Origin: an uncultured virus (IMG/VR IMGVR_UViG_3300020191_000009)
Lineage: Duplodnaviria; Heunggongvirae; Uroviricota; Caudoviricetes
Length of the DNA stretch: 20,000 nucleotides
IMG/VR virus record: IMGVR_UViG_3300020191_000009
Coordinates: 51,373-71,372 of that record
Direction: 5' to 3' (one strand)
In this document: piece by piece, positions 1-13,100 of the stretch
Position numbering within the stretch: the first letter of the stretch is position 1
Layout: each line of letters begins with the position of its first letter
Notes under the pieces: model-generated
Told to the model about the DNA's origin: nothing
Databases searched by the model: none
The model's input: the letters and a program-made list of their open reading frames with translations, nothing else
Program-made: the position numbers and the translations under genes

Positions 1-829
1 TCGACGTATTCAACGATGATGAAGTACATTTCTGAATATCTACGCTCCTGCTACCGCTCCAATCATCCATGAGCCAGTGAGGTAGACCATCAACTTCACT
101 GAATCCAAGATATGAAAACTCGGAGTACGCTGTAAGTATGAATCCGGCCTGGGGTGTATTCGCAGTCGGCCAACTAACAGGTATAAGACCGAAACCATAT
201 CTATACCAACTACTAGTATTATTCTCATAATTCATTCTACTCCAAATCAGCCTCGAGGTAGGTTGATAATAATCAAGTATAAAACTGTAAGCCCTAGAGT
301 TGAATGGTGAACTGGTGATGGTGTTTGTGGTTACTCCTCCCTGAAAAGGAATATCATTAAATCCTTGATCAGAACTAATTTTGTAACTATCTATGTAAAA
401 ATACGCCTGAGTAGTGTTATTACCACTGGAATGAAATACTGCATCGTTAGATCCATTATTAATTACAAAAGCTCCCGCTTTTGCTGGATTATTTCTATCC
501 ATTGAAATATCAAACTTTCTAGTAGCCTGATTAAGATAGTTACTAGAGACACTGGTGTACTGTTTAAACTCTGTCCAAGGCTTCATCAAGCTTCCAATTT
601 GGTACCTACCATTTGTAAGACTGGTATTACTTCTTTGGTTCATCGCATTGGTGCCGGTAATTCCATTCGATCGCGCCGCGCTGGTACCATACATTTTATT
701 ATAAATAGGGCTTAATGTACTGAAGTCGTGCTGAGCGTCAAACAAAAAGAAATCATTACTTGAAACACGAGGGTCTTCAAATACACAAAATTGCCCGCTG
801 TGACCTTGATAGTCTATAATTTTAGCCAT
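1..829 (-). CDS. Partial ORF (>276 aa, 3' end beyond the window), probable virion structural protein: MAKIIDYQGHSGQFCVFEDPRVSSNDFFLFDAQHDFSTLSPIYNK...
   Basis: Translated by hand; absent from the ORF track because it has no stop in the window. ATG at 829 abuts the TAA of the upstream gene (TAAATG), with GGAGGTGG just upstream. The frame is open from 829 to the edge and is S/N/T/G/aromatic-rich, like beta-rich virion proteins. Function is inferred from context only. Confidence 0.85.
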   Translation of the reverse strand, partial: MAKIIDYQGHSGQFCVFEDPRVSSNDFFLFDAQHDFSTLSPIYNKMYGTSAARSNGITGTNAMNQRSNTSLTNGRYQIGSLMKPWTEFKQYTSVSSNYLNQATRKFDISMDRNNPAKAGAFVINNGSNDAVFHSSGNNTTQAYFYIDSYKISSDQGFNDIPFQGGVTTNTITSSPFNSRAYSFILDYYQPTSRLIWSRMNYENNTSSWYRYGFGLIPVSWPTANTPQAGFILTAYSEFSYLGFSEVDGLPHWLMDDWSGSRSVDIQKCTSSSLNTS

Positions 830-1108
830 TTATACCACCTCCACTTCATATCGTTCACAAAAAACAGACACAGCTTCTTCTTCGGAAGTTATGGCAATTT
901 TTGCATCCAGATTGCTATATGCAACTCCTACGCTATTACCCCAAGGAACTAAAGGGTCCTCACAGTTAAATATGTAATATGGGTCTTCCCATACTACCTC
1001 TACTGGCAGAGCTCGAAACTCGTCCAAGCCTATTCCATCTTCATCTTTTGCCCGCTCGCCATCTTCTCCGAAGACGGGAACTAGACACCTAATATTATAA
1101 TTGCTCAA
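830..1108 (-). CDS. Small acidic hypothetical protein (92 aa), possibly a fibre assembly chaperone or adaptor
   Basis: TTG start preceded by AAGGAG at 7 nt spacing; packed tightly between the giant fibre gene and the next ORF. Function is a positional guess. Confidence 0.8.
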   Translation of the reverse strand: MSNYNIRCLVPVFGEDGERAKDEDGIGLDEFRALPVEVVWEDPYYIFNCEDPLVPWGNSVGVAYSNLDAKIAITSEEEAVSVFCERYEVEVV

Positions 1109-1120
1109 AATTGATCTCCT

Positions 1121-4100
1121 TTATGAGTAAATGAACTTCACGGACAAGTTTGTACCTGGTCCTGATATTATGTCAAGAGTTATTTCATCCACCAAACCTA
1201 CAGTTACTCCGCTAGTAAAAGCAGCCTCTACAATACCTTGCGCTGAAGGCATTACAAATTGTTGAACTTCTACGGAATTTTTCATAACTGCAAAAATAAG
1301 AGTCTCTCCTGACGGTTGATCGACTTGAGCTCTTATTTCATGCAATGTTATTGCTTGCTGTGGTTGAAATACCTGTTGACCCTCTAATGGTCCAGTAAAG
1401 TTTCCGGCTCGAACTAAGTAGAACGCATTAGTTCTCTTTAGATTATACCAAACTGTACCTTCCCATACGTATAGTGCGCCTGTGTCCTGTGCAAAAGATA
1501 AATCACCTAAGTTACCTAAAGAAGGAAACGAGGCTCTAGTTGCATAGATTACTGCTGGGCTTGGGGTCGGCGTAGCTTCCCAAGCACTTGAATTTGAATT
1601 ATATTTTAAAACATCGCCATCATTTGGGGCGGGCACTGACACATTAGATAGGTCATCTAAAGTATCAACATTGGAAGTGCCTACTATTGCGAGCTCAAAT
1701 TTATTAGTTTGATCATCGAATATTAGTCCTTGCCCCTGTGTTGGAGAATCCGCATTTACATCTGTTAAGTCAACAATTGCTGCAGCAAATTCCGGTAAGT
1801 CTTGCGGAAGCCATACGCTAGTATTTAAGTTATATACTAAATATTGGCCATCTGTTATACCGCCGCTTACATTTACATCTGTTAACTCAGCTATAGAAGT
1901 TGCTACATCTCCTGGCTCCCAAAGGGATGTTACATTATTATATTGTAAGAACTGATTATTACTGACCCCCGAAATATCAACATCCGTCAAGCCTTCTAAA
2001 GTACTAACGTTATCTTGGGCTACCCACTGGGTAGATATATCGTCCCATATTAAAATTTGTCCTACGCTAGGTGCCTGATCGTCTACGTCATTTAAACTAG
2101 TTATTGATCTATCAGTAACTCCAGGTTTGAAAGAGCTTGTGTTTCCATCCCAGACTAGCGTTTGGCCAGATTCGATTGGTGTTGTATAATCTACATCCGA
2201 TAACTCTGATGTAGATATTGAAGAATTTTCCCAGGAACTAGTGTCTGTAGAATATACTAATAAATTTTTATCTTGTAAGTTAGATATAGTAACATCATTC
2301 AGCAGAGTAATAGCTGCTGTACCAGGTACCCAAAGAGCTGAGGACGAATCGTATTGTAAGAAATTATTATCTGCGGGAAATGAAGTAAAAATATCAACGT
2401 CTGTTAAATCGTTTATTCCTGCGATAAGAGCGGCTGTACTTTCTTCGTCCAAATCTATATTGCTAGTATTAGAGCTAATTAATATAGTGGTAGAATCTAT
2501 TGCTCTACCTATTTTACCAAATCCTGTAGGCCCGGGAAATAAGCTACCGTCAATAGACACATAGTAGTTTAAACCAGTAACAAGATTAGTTACAGAGCTA
2601 GTAACACCAGACCCTGTATTAATTTTTGCTATGTCTCCATCATATGTTAAAGATTCATTAATACCTACCCAATCTGCTGCTCTAGTGTTAGTCTTAATAC
2701 CACTTAAATTATAGTTTAATACTTCTCCTAGGTTGCTCTTATGTATTAATTTAGTTTTATACATAGCTCCCGATTGAAAAGAGCTACCAACACTAAAATT
2801 AGCTAGTTCTAGTCCTGAAGCAATATCGTAATATTTTACTCCATCACTTGATCCAGTAATTACTGCTACTTGTTTATCATTACAAACAATATCTTTACCG
2901 GAAGAAGAAATAATAGGTTTGCTATACAAGTTTGCGCCACTTACAGTGCTCCATACCGATAAATAACCGTGCTGGTTAGACCCTGTAATAAGGTAGTTTG
3001 TATTAAGGGCAAACTTATCTGCTACTACACCTACCAGACTATGGTCTATAGTAGTCCTAAAGGAATAATCAGATAGCTCATAAATATGTGTTAAACTAGA
3101 TCCAGTGCCTGTATCTGTTATTGAAATGATACTTTCACTTTCATCTATATTAATATATCGACCAAAATCTGCTCCATTAGAAGGATTTGGGTTATTAAAA
3201 CTATACTCCTGAGTGCCTGTAAATATATTAAATACGTATGCCTTACCCGGAGTAGTTCCTAACGTAGCATCTCTCCAATTAGAGTTACCTACAATTAAAT
3301 AAGATGACGTCATTACTACTGAATTATGCTGAGCAAAAGGGCCATTCGTAGATACAGAGTCTTCTGGGTTTACTATTTGTCTTAATAAAGCTCCTGTATA
3401 AGCATCGTATAAATAAATACGCCCGTAATCATTATTAGAGGGAGACTCTTTAGCAGTAATAGCTACTTCGCTGCCATTTGTAGCTACTCCCCAGCCAAAA
3501 CTTTGTAATGAATAATCAGTAGGAGGCTCCAAAGTATATAGAAGCTGCCCACTAGTAGCATTATAGATGTATGCTCTACCTGTACTCAGAATATTTCCGC
3601 TGGTAAAATACGGGTTACCTACAACTATAATATCTTTACTAACCGCTAAATTAGTTCCAAAATTAGAATTCGATACAGGAGGATATAAAGTATTTACTAG
3701 GCTTTCTGTGCCTAGAACAGTCTCCGTGCCTTTGATTGCAGCAACTTTACCATCGTCCGTAATATAAACAGGATCTCCAGCTTGTATTGGTTGTGTTGGA
3801 GCATAAGCCTCTAGGTTTAAAAAATTGCCAAAATTACGTTTGTCTATTATCCACTCATCTGCAGACTCGCTCCAAGTAAGTATATCGTAATCAACTTTAA
3901 GAGTAGTAGTGTTTACATCCGTTAAATCATTTATACTATTAACAGAAGAAAACGTAGTAGGAATCCAATTTACTCCGTTCCATTCAATGCTTTGGCCTAC
4001 TGTAGCATTACTAACATCTACATTATTAAGATCACTAAACTGAGCTACATTAGAGTAGCCTATATTAGCAGGAACCCATTTAGACGTGTTGTTATCATAA

Positions 4101-7100
4101 ACTAAGCCTTGTGCATCTTCTGGAGGAGAGTCTAGTAAATTTACATCTTCAAGATCTAGTAAATTAGTTACTGTTGATACATAGCTTGCTACCCACTTTT
4201 GACCGTTCCAAGTTAATCCATGTTGGGGAACTAATCCCGCAGAAAAATCAACATCAGCTAAGTCAGCCATATCAGATACGCCTGAAATACTTCCAAGTAT
4301 TAATATTTCAGAAACACTTGCTGCAGGACCTACTATTCCGTAAGAAGTTTCTTCAAGGGTTAGACTTCCGTCAGCCCCAGCATAGTAATATTCTCCAGGA
4401 ACTAAATTAGAGTAAATACTAGAAGTTTTTCCTCCTAGAATTACCACTTCTAGTTGTTCTCCTGTAACTGCTGTCTGTTCTGCAATGCCCATCCAGTCTG
4501 CTGCATTTGATTGTGTAGCTTGCAGTGTTACATCGTATATAAAGAATACCCCTCTATCTGTTGCGGGGAACTGTTGAGTTCCCTGAACATTATCATTATA
4601 CGGAGCACCAACAATAGCACGACCAGAATTTGTTACCGCTACAGAAAATCCAAATAAACTTCCGGAAGGGTTGACAACATAACCCGGGTTTTCAAATGCC
4701 GCATATAGGGGGTACGAAGTAGTGGATGCTCTATTATAGCTATAAAACTTTCCTGAGTCATTGTAACCTAATACGTCATTATTTGCTTCTGAACCTACAA
4801 CGATTTGACTCGATCCCAGCCCTACTGACCTACCGAATTTATCTCCTATCTGATCTGGACTGTTTATTTCTGCAAGCACTGCACCCGAGGTTGTAGAATA
4901 TACCAATACCCTTCCCAAACCTCCATTAAAGTCTGGGGTTCCTGCAACTATGATAGAATCATCCATTTCGAAGGTAAAACCTAGTCCGTTAGATCCTATA
5001 TTAGTATCCTGCAGAGTGTGTATAGTAGACCCAGTATTAATATTACGAACGTATATTCTACCGGTTGATAGCTGTCCTCCAGTATCCTCCCCAGGAGCTC
5101 CAATAGACAAGTAAGTATCTGTTGCGCTCAGTGCAGACCCAAACAGGTCTCCTCCAGTGCCTCCATCATCATTATTATTGTTGAATGTAAAATCAGGAAC
5201 TAAAAGAGGATCCCATCTTGCTTCTGTTTCTCCTTCTGGTATTCCATACTCTGATGACTCTAATAACGAGATAGGATATCTATATACTTTACCTACTAAT
5301 GCATTATTCCCTATATCTACTCGTGGTGCGCCCACTGCTACATAGGTTGAGTTAATAGCTACTGAGGAACCGAACTGCCCTTGGAGAAGAGGCTCAGGGC
5401 TTTCTAGAACTGCTATTAAAGTACCTGAGCTTATTCTATATACGTATACAACGCCAGAATTAACCGCATCTAAATCCTTAAGAGGAGAGCCTACAACTGC
5501 ATAATCATCTTTTATTGCTACTGCAAATCCAAACGCCTGATTAGTTTCTCCTCGCCAAGCCGCGGGCGTTGTGAGGCTTAGGGAGGGTTGTAATGTACGT
5601 ATTAAAGTAGAGTTATCTGTATCATAAATCCTTACTAGGCCGGTTGCGACTCCGCTGTTGGGGCCAATTCTATGATAAGGTGCTGAAACTGCGACACGGC
5701 CGCCTTCTTCTGCAATTGTATGCCCAAAAAGTCCCAAATCTGAGCTAGATGGGAAAGAAGATACCAGCTCCCCTGCAGTTATTGTGGGATTTTCAAACTG
5801 ACCAGAACTATTTAGTACTACTAAGCCGCCTTGTAATATTTGCTCCGCTGCAATACCAGTAATACGCTGTCCCTCGGGTAAGTCTTGAGGAGACCATATT
5901 GAGCCATTATATTGCAATATCTGCAAAGCTGAAGGTAAAACACTACTAAGATCTACGTCTGTTAAATCATCTAATACGTCTACGTTACTTGAACCAGTTA
6001 CAGCATTAACAAAAGACTGAGATACCGCGTTCCAAGTTAAAACCTCCCCTGTTTGAATATTTGAAGGTATAGGTAAATTTATATCATCTAAATCCGATAA
6101 GCTACTAACACCCCCAGCCGCATCTCCTGCTACCCATTGAGAGCTTTGTGCGTTCCAAACAAGCGCCTGGCCGTCTGAAGCAAATGCAGTAACATCTCCA
6201 AGATCATTTAAATTATTTACTTGGTCAGCAGTATTAGATTCAACGTCCCCTGTTATTAAAATGTCGTTTGCACTTAAAGCTTTACCAAAAATACCTAAAT
6301 TTGTGGGAGAACTGTTAAGAGTACCATCAATATTTAAATAATAATTCTGTCCCGGCAATAGATTAACTTGATTGTGTGCTATACCACCAAACAGGGTTAC
6401 TTGTCCTACATCTCCATCTAAAATATCTTCAAAAGCTACTCCTATCCAAGATGAAGCATTACTAGTTATATTAATATCAAAAGCTGTAAGGTGTCCAGAG
6501 TTAAAGTCACCTGAAATAGTATTCCTAGCAAAAGGAGCACCTACGTATAATTTATCATTACCAATAGCAACACTTGAACCAAAGTACTCAGTTGTACTAT
6601 TCCCATATATATTAGGATTGTCAAAATATGCAATAGGAGTACCGGTATCGGCTTCGAAATAATAAGCCTTACCAGCATTAGTATATACTCCTCCTATGTA
6701 CCCCTGATCTTCTCTTCTTGCACCTACTAGTATTTTGTTATCTTTCATATCGATGGAGTAGCCGAACTCATCTCCCTGCGGAAGAGGATAAGTATCAGGG
6801 TTTTGAATAGTATTTATAAGAGTACAAGCTTCATCGGTTACATCATATATATAAACAAGACCTTCATTAGCACCCGTAAAATCCTGCTCTGGTGCAGATA
6901 TAGCTAATCTTTTAATTGATGGATTTCTATCCCATACTATATCAAACCCATGCGTTGCATCTGAACCTCCACCCGGATTTGGATTTGATATAGTATGTAA
7001 TAAAACGGGAAGAGAGTCACTGCTTACGTCATATATATAGACATATCCCTTTACGCTAGTTGTACCTTCTCTGGACGCAGTAACAGCTAAGTATTTTCTA

Positions 7101-10100
7101 TCTTGAGTAAGAGACACTCTTTGGCCAAAGTAATCCCCTGATATACTACCGACTGTATTAGGATTATCAATACGGTATAAAAACCCATATTGAGGGTCTC
7201 CTACACCTATGTCAGGATCGAAAAAGTATACGCATCCAGCTTCTGAGTATTGGTCACTCATATCTTCTAGTGGTGCGCCGACGGCTAAACGAGCCTCACC
7301 ATTATAATCGCTTATAGCTACGTCAGTGCCAAACTGCGCGTTGTTTGTACCATCAGGATTTTGTATTGATAGCCATAAGTCTCCACTAGGGGATGTTCCT
7401 GTAGCCAAGCGGTAGACATAAGCTGCTCCTTGATTATACCCTGTTAGATCATCAGCAAGAAGAGATCCTACCGCTAGAAGGTTACCGCTAGCGTCTAAAG
7501 AATTACCAAATCGGTCCCCTGTTACAGGATTATTTATATTTTCATTTTTAATATAATACTGTTGAGTACCAAAATTATTAAATACGTATACAACCCCAGA
7601 ACTACTTCCTTCTATCTCGTCCTCATATTGAGCACCAGCAATAATATAATCTCCTGATGCAACAACTGCACTAGTAAATTGATCACTGGTAGCCGTACCA
7701 AATATAGTAGGGTTTTCTACATTCCAAGCAGGTAAAAAGGGCTCTTGACCTGTCTTTTTAACTTTTCCAGGAGGGGTAATAGAAACTATATCTCCATCAC
7801 TAATATCTCCATTTGCTATGAAGTTTTCTATACCACCCGAGTGCCCTGCTCTAGGGTACCACTTCTGGGTAGTAGCATCATAAGTAAGTACTTCCTTTTC
7901 TTTTGCTGGGTTTGCAATTACCTCTACATCTAGCAAACTATTAAGAGTTGCAGCAGTAGGTGCTGTTGAGCCAGGAGACCAATTAACTCCGTCCCAGGCT
8001 AAAAATTCTCCGAAACTAGGCTCACTTGCAGTGCCGGGCGTAGTATCTACGTCTGAAAGAGATCCTATACTAATAGTGTCTAAGGCTGGAGAGCCTGGCT
8101 CCCATACGCCTTCAATACCGTTCCAAATTAAAGTTTCTCCTGGAACAGGTGCATAAAGTCCCGCAGTTCTAACATCATCCATGTTATCTAACTGCGTTAC
8201 GGTAATATTAGTAATTTGAACAGGTGTCCAGCCAACGCCCGCTTGATAAGCAATAACATTATCTTGTACAGGCGGCTGAGAAGCTAAATCTACATCGATT
8301 AAGTCCCCAAGCGCAGATACTCTAGAAACTTGACCTGGCTCCCACAGCTCGCTGTTGGCATTATAAACTAATACATCATTATTAACCGCAGATACTGTGG
8401 AAAGATCTATATCATTTAAATCGTTTATTGTTGCTGGGATCGGTATAACACTTGCCTGCCACTCATCAAATTGCAAACTGTAAACTAAGGCGGCATTATC
8501 AACAACCCCGGAAGTATCAACATCTGATAGACTACTTAGAGATAGAGTTCCAGCTTCAATATATGTTGCAAGACCCCATGAAGATCCACTGTATTTAAGA
8601 CCTTGGCCTGCTTGGACTCCCCCAACACTTGTATCTGTTAAGCCACCAAAAGTAGTGATATTACTATATCCTATATTTTTAGGGGCCCACCTATTATTAG
8701 CACTATCCCATACTAAGCCTTGATTGTTAGAGGGAGGAACAGTTACAGTATCTACATCACGGATATCATTTATATAAGTTACTCCGGTTTCAGCAGATAC
8801 TACATTTCCTGTAATAAGCAACTCATCAGCAGCAAGAGCTTTTCCTAACACACCGTAATCTGTCTCAGTCTCAGTTATAAAGCCTCTACCGTCTATATAA
8901 TAGTTTTTATTAATAGTCAGACCGGATACAAACTTATTTACGGCACCTACAGTTGTTACAGTTACTTGTTGAGTAGCTTCTACCGATTGTTCTGATATTC
9001 CTACCCAATCACCAGCATTACTTTCTATGAACGAATCACTAGCAAAAGTTGCAATTTTACCTGTACCTGCAACGGTTAGTCTAGGCGAACCAATAATAAG
9101 ATAGTCGTTCGTAAGAGCTAGACCAAATCCCCAATTTATATTTGTTGCTCCTTCATCTGATAAAAATTCATTTCTAAAAGCTCCCGAGGCGGCCTCGAAC
9201 AAATAAACACTCCCTACATTCTCTCCACTGGCAGAAGCAAGTATATACTCAGTTGTTACAGCAACGCTACTACCAAAATTATCGCCTGTGGGTACGTCTG
9301 CGTTTCTATTAGGGTTGTTAAGAGTATAGTTAAAATCGCCATTATTTAAATTGTATATATACAGTTTTCCGCTGCCCGTATCAGCAGTAGGAGCACCAAC
9401 CACCATACGTCCGTCAGAAGAAATTGCAATAGAGCTACCGAAGTCTCCTGCACCGCCAGGGTTAGAAATAGTATAGATAGAGCTTAAAGTAGCTGCCTCA
9501 TAGACATATACTTTTTCCTCGCTAGGGCTTCCAATAGCTAAATCGCCTGAAGTAGATATTGATATAGCACTACCAAACCCTGTTATGCTGGGAGAGGGAT
9601 TTTCTACAAAGCCTAACTGATTTCCAGTTGCAGTGTTAAATACGTACACTGTGCCAGAGTTAGTATCTGACAAGGATTGAGGCTCTTCATTAATTGCAGT
9701 AACCGCTACATAAGTATTTGTATTCTGTACTCTAAAGCCAAATTGGTCGTCTAACGTTGATGTTGCTGCATTTGGGTTGTCGATAGTATGTTCTAGTATG
9801 AACCCTGGTAAACTATATACATATATTCGGCCTGCATTAGAGTCGTAGCCTGGAGCCCCAATAGTAAAAAACTGGCTTGAAATTGATACCGATTCTCCAA
9901 ATTTATCATTGGCAGTTGCATTGGGGTTGTTTATAGTTTGTACAAGGGTGTTAGTACTTGTAGAGAATATTTCTACCTTACCCCCAACAGTTAAGTACTC
10001 ATACCCTGGAGCTCCCACAATATAATAGTCATCAGATACAAATACACTTTTACCATAGTAATCAGAACTTACTGAAGGGCTACCTGAAGCTTGAAAGATG

Positions 10101-13100
10101 CTGGATACACTACTTTCTATTTCTGCTATTTTTTCGACTTCGCCGTCTGATCTTAAAGCTAGTAGGTCACCTGCTGAAAGGTTTTCAGCGGCTATATAGT
10201 TGGCTACACCTGAGCGAGTTGCAGGTCTCCACTCCCCTGTAGACGCGTTATACTCTAATGTGTTTCTGTTTTGTGGAGGCACTGCCTGAAAATCTACATC
10301 GGTTAAAACATCCAAACCTATAGAAATTACTGCACCTTCTACACTTCTAGTTACCCATGAGTTTGTATCGGGATCCCAAGAAATAAAATCCGAATTGTAG
10401 GGTTCAGTTATTGAAACATCGTCTAAATCTTCTAATCTAAGTCCTATTCCTTCTATGCTGCCCGTAACTACAGTATCTATAGTAGTTCCCGTCCATTTTA
10501 AAAACTTAGAAGAAGGTGTATTTCCCAGATTTTGAAAACCGTTCTCGTTTAGCTGGTTTAATAGAAAAATAGATCTTTCGTTTAGGTCTTCTAAAGCCCT
10601 GGGTATGGGCGCAGGGCTCCAGCTTGCGCCGTTCCATACAAGAGCATCAGACGGTTCTGGCAAACCTGCGACATCAGCTAAATCATATATGCTGTCTGGG
10701 AAGGACGCAGAGCTATAGAATCCTGTGTTACTGTCGTATACTAAAGCAGATCCATCAAAGGGCACACCAGTAACGTCTGCAAGGTTGTTCATGGTATAGT
10801 CACTTGCTCTCATGACCTCGCCTATAGGAGTACTGATAAAGGCGGAAGAAGGGGCGTGCCACGTAAGAATATTGTTCGATGCCTGATTCGCTATATTGTA
10901 ATTAAAATCTGCTAGAGCGCCTGCTCCAAAACTGGGATCTATATTTTCATATCTGTTTGCATCAGCTAGTGTAGTATATCTAAGTATTTGACCTTCTTGA
11001 GGGTTGTCGATACGAACATCATTTAATGCGTCTAATGAATTAGATAGTTGGACGTCACTAGTAGTCCATACTTGGTTTTCATAGTTCCACAGTAAAACCT
11101 CTCCATCTTGCAAAGCAGCTGTTTGAATATCTGTATCTGATAGTTCCGCTAGAGTAAACGTTACTTCTTGCTGCTTGCTAGTAGTACTACCAAAGGTAAT
11201 AAATTGACCGTCTACTAAAGCGTCTACATTTTTATTTACAGTAATGCTAAGTCTGTCTGTAGATATAAATACTACTCTAGGAGCAGACTCTAGTTCCGAG
11301 TGCATTACATAATGATTAACTTCTACATCTGGGCCCACAGGGTCGTTCAGTACAATAGTGTTGCTACCAGTAGTCCCTGCAGGATTGTTATTTACGAATG
11401 ATCCTACATCCTGAGAGATTGCCATAGGAATTACTACTTTAAATATAATAGTAGCGCCTGCAGTTATATCTATATCATAACTTACAGCAAAGCTTAATCT
11501 GTCTCCACTTATTCCACTTACAATAGGAATATTTACATTGCTTCCTATGTAAACAGCGTGACCAGGAACAATTTCTTCAGGCAAAGGAGTATCAAGAAAG
11601 ATCTCACTAGTGGATTCAGTACCTACAACCCCCTGACCAACCTCTACAGTGCCAGTAGTTGCAACTACTTGGTAGACAGGAGGAGTTGCAAAAATAATAG
11701 CCTCAAATTGACTAGTTGATATATTTTCAGAAAGAGTGAGCTCTGTCCTGTCTTCAGATATGCTGTATACAACAGGATACGGCTTAGATAATGAGGGTGT
11801 TTGAAATAAGTCGCCCGGCTTTACGTTTTCAGGAATAACATCCGTTGCAGGTACAGTATCAGTATTAGTAACAGTCTCAGAAACAAACCCAGTTCCAGTT
11901 TCGATAGGTTCTTCTATATCTTCATCAACGTCTAAAGAGGGAATTTCTATTATATCCCCGTCTTCCGTTTCAACGGTTCCGCCAGTACTTCCTCCACCCC
12001 CGTCAGGGTTTGGGCTAGGAGTAGTAGTAGTACCCCCTCCAGTATCGCCACCGCCAGTACTTCCTCCTCCACCACCAGTAATAGTAGCAGGCGCCCACTT
12101 AGTTCCATTCCAAACAAGAGACTGACCGGGTTGGGGCGAAATAGTAGAAGTATCTACATCAAACAAGTCTCCAATGCCGCCAAAATTACTAACAAAGCCT
12201 AAGGTGAACTGGTTTGCATAGGTACCCGTTGTATTAAATATAGGTACCATACCTTGTTGGCCACTCCACTGGCCTCCGGTATCTGCAAGATCTCTAAACC
12301 TGGGCATAGTTGAAACGGCTTGGCCAGGAACCCAATTAGCACCATCATACTGAAGATATGTTCCTGTAGCTAATCCGGTTGTTAAATCTACATCATTTAT
12401 ATCTCCAAGATCGGTTTCTAAATTTACCGGGGATGAAATCCAAGTCTGAGTAGGACCATTGTATGTGAGCAGATCTCCATCATTTACTTGAACAAAATTT
12501 ACATTACTAAGTTCTCCCAGCTCTACAGGCTCATCAATTAAAATTTGATTTATTGATTTAGGAACCCATTCTATGTTAAAATTATCCCAAGCAAGTAAGT
12601 GGCTTTTAGGTATGCCAGCTTCAAAACCGTTATAAGTATCGACATCATCAAGATTACTTATTTGACCAGTTACTGAGGCATAGGCTGGAACCCATTTTTG
12701 TGCATTGGTATTCCATTGAAGAAATTGTTGAGAAAGAGGAGCTGTCGATAGTGTATCCACATCCTCTAGTTCTGTTATGCTTTTGGGTATACCTGCTATG
12801 CTAGGATTTGGCTCGACATCACCGGTAATAAGAACGGTGCTTGCATCTATACTTATGCCAATGGCGCCGCTTCCTACATCACTGGTGCGAAGACTTCCTC
12901 GGTATAACCTTGAATTATCAATATAAATTGGAGTACCAGGAACAAAATTACTCGGCTGTGAACCACCTATCCAACTAGTAACCTTCGTCTGGCCCCCTAA
13001 AATAGTTATAATTCCAGAATTATAGTCACTTGAACCACTAGAAAAACTTTCATCTGCGATACCAAACCAGTCTTTAATATTAGTTACTGGATTGTTCCCA

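Noticed and set aside
40..228. 62-aa minus-strand ORF in the track
   Set aside because: Out-of-frame shadow inside the longer open frame from 829 to the window edge.
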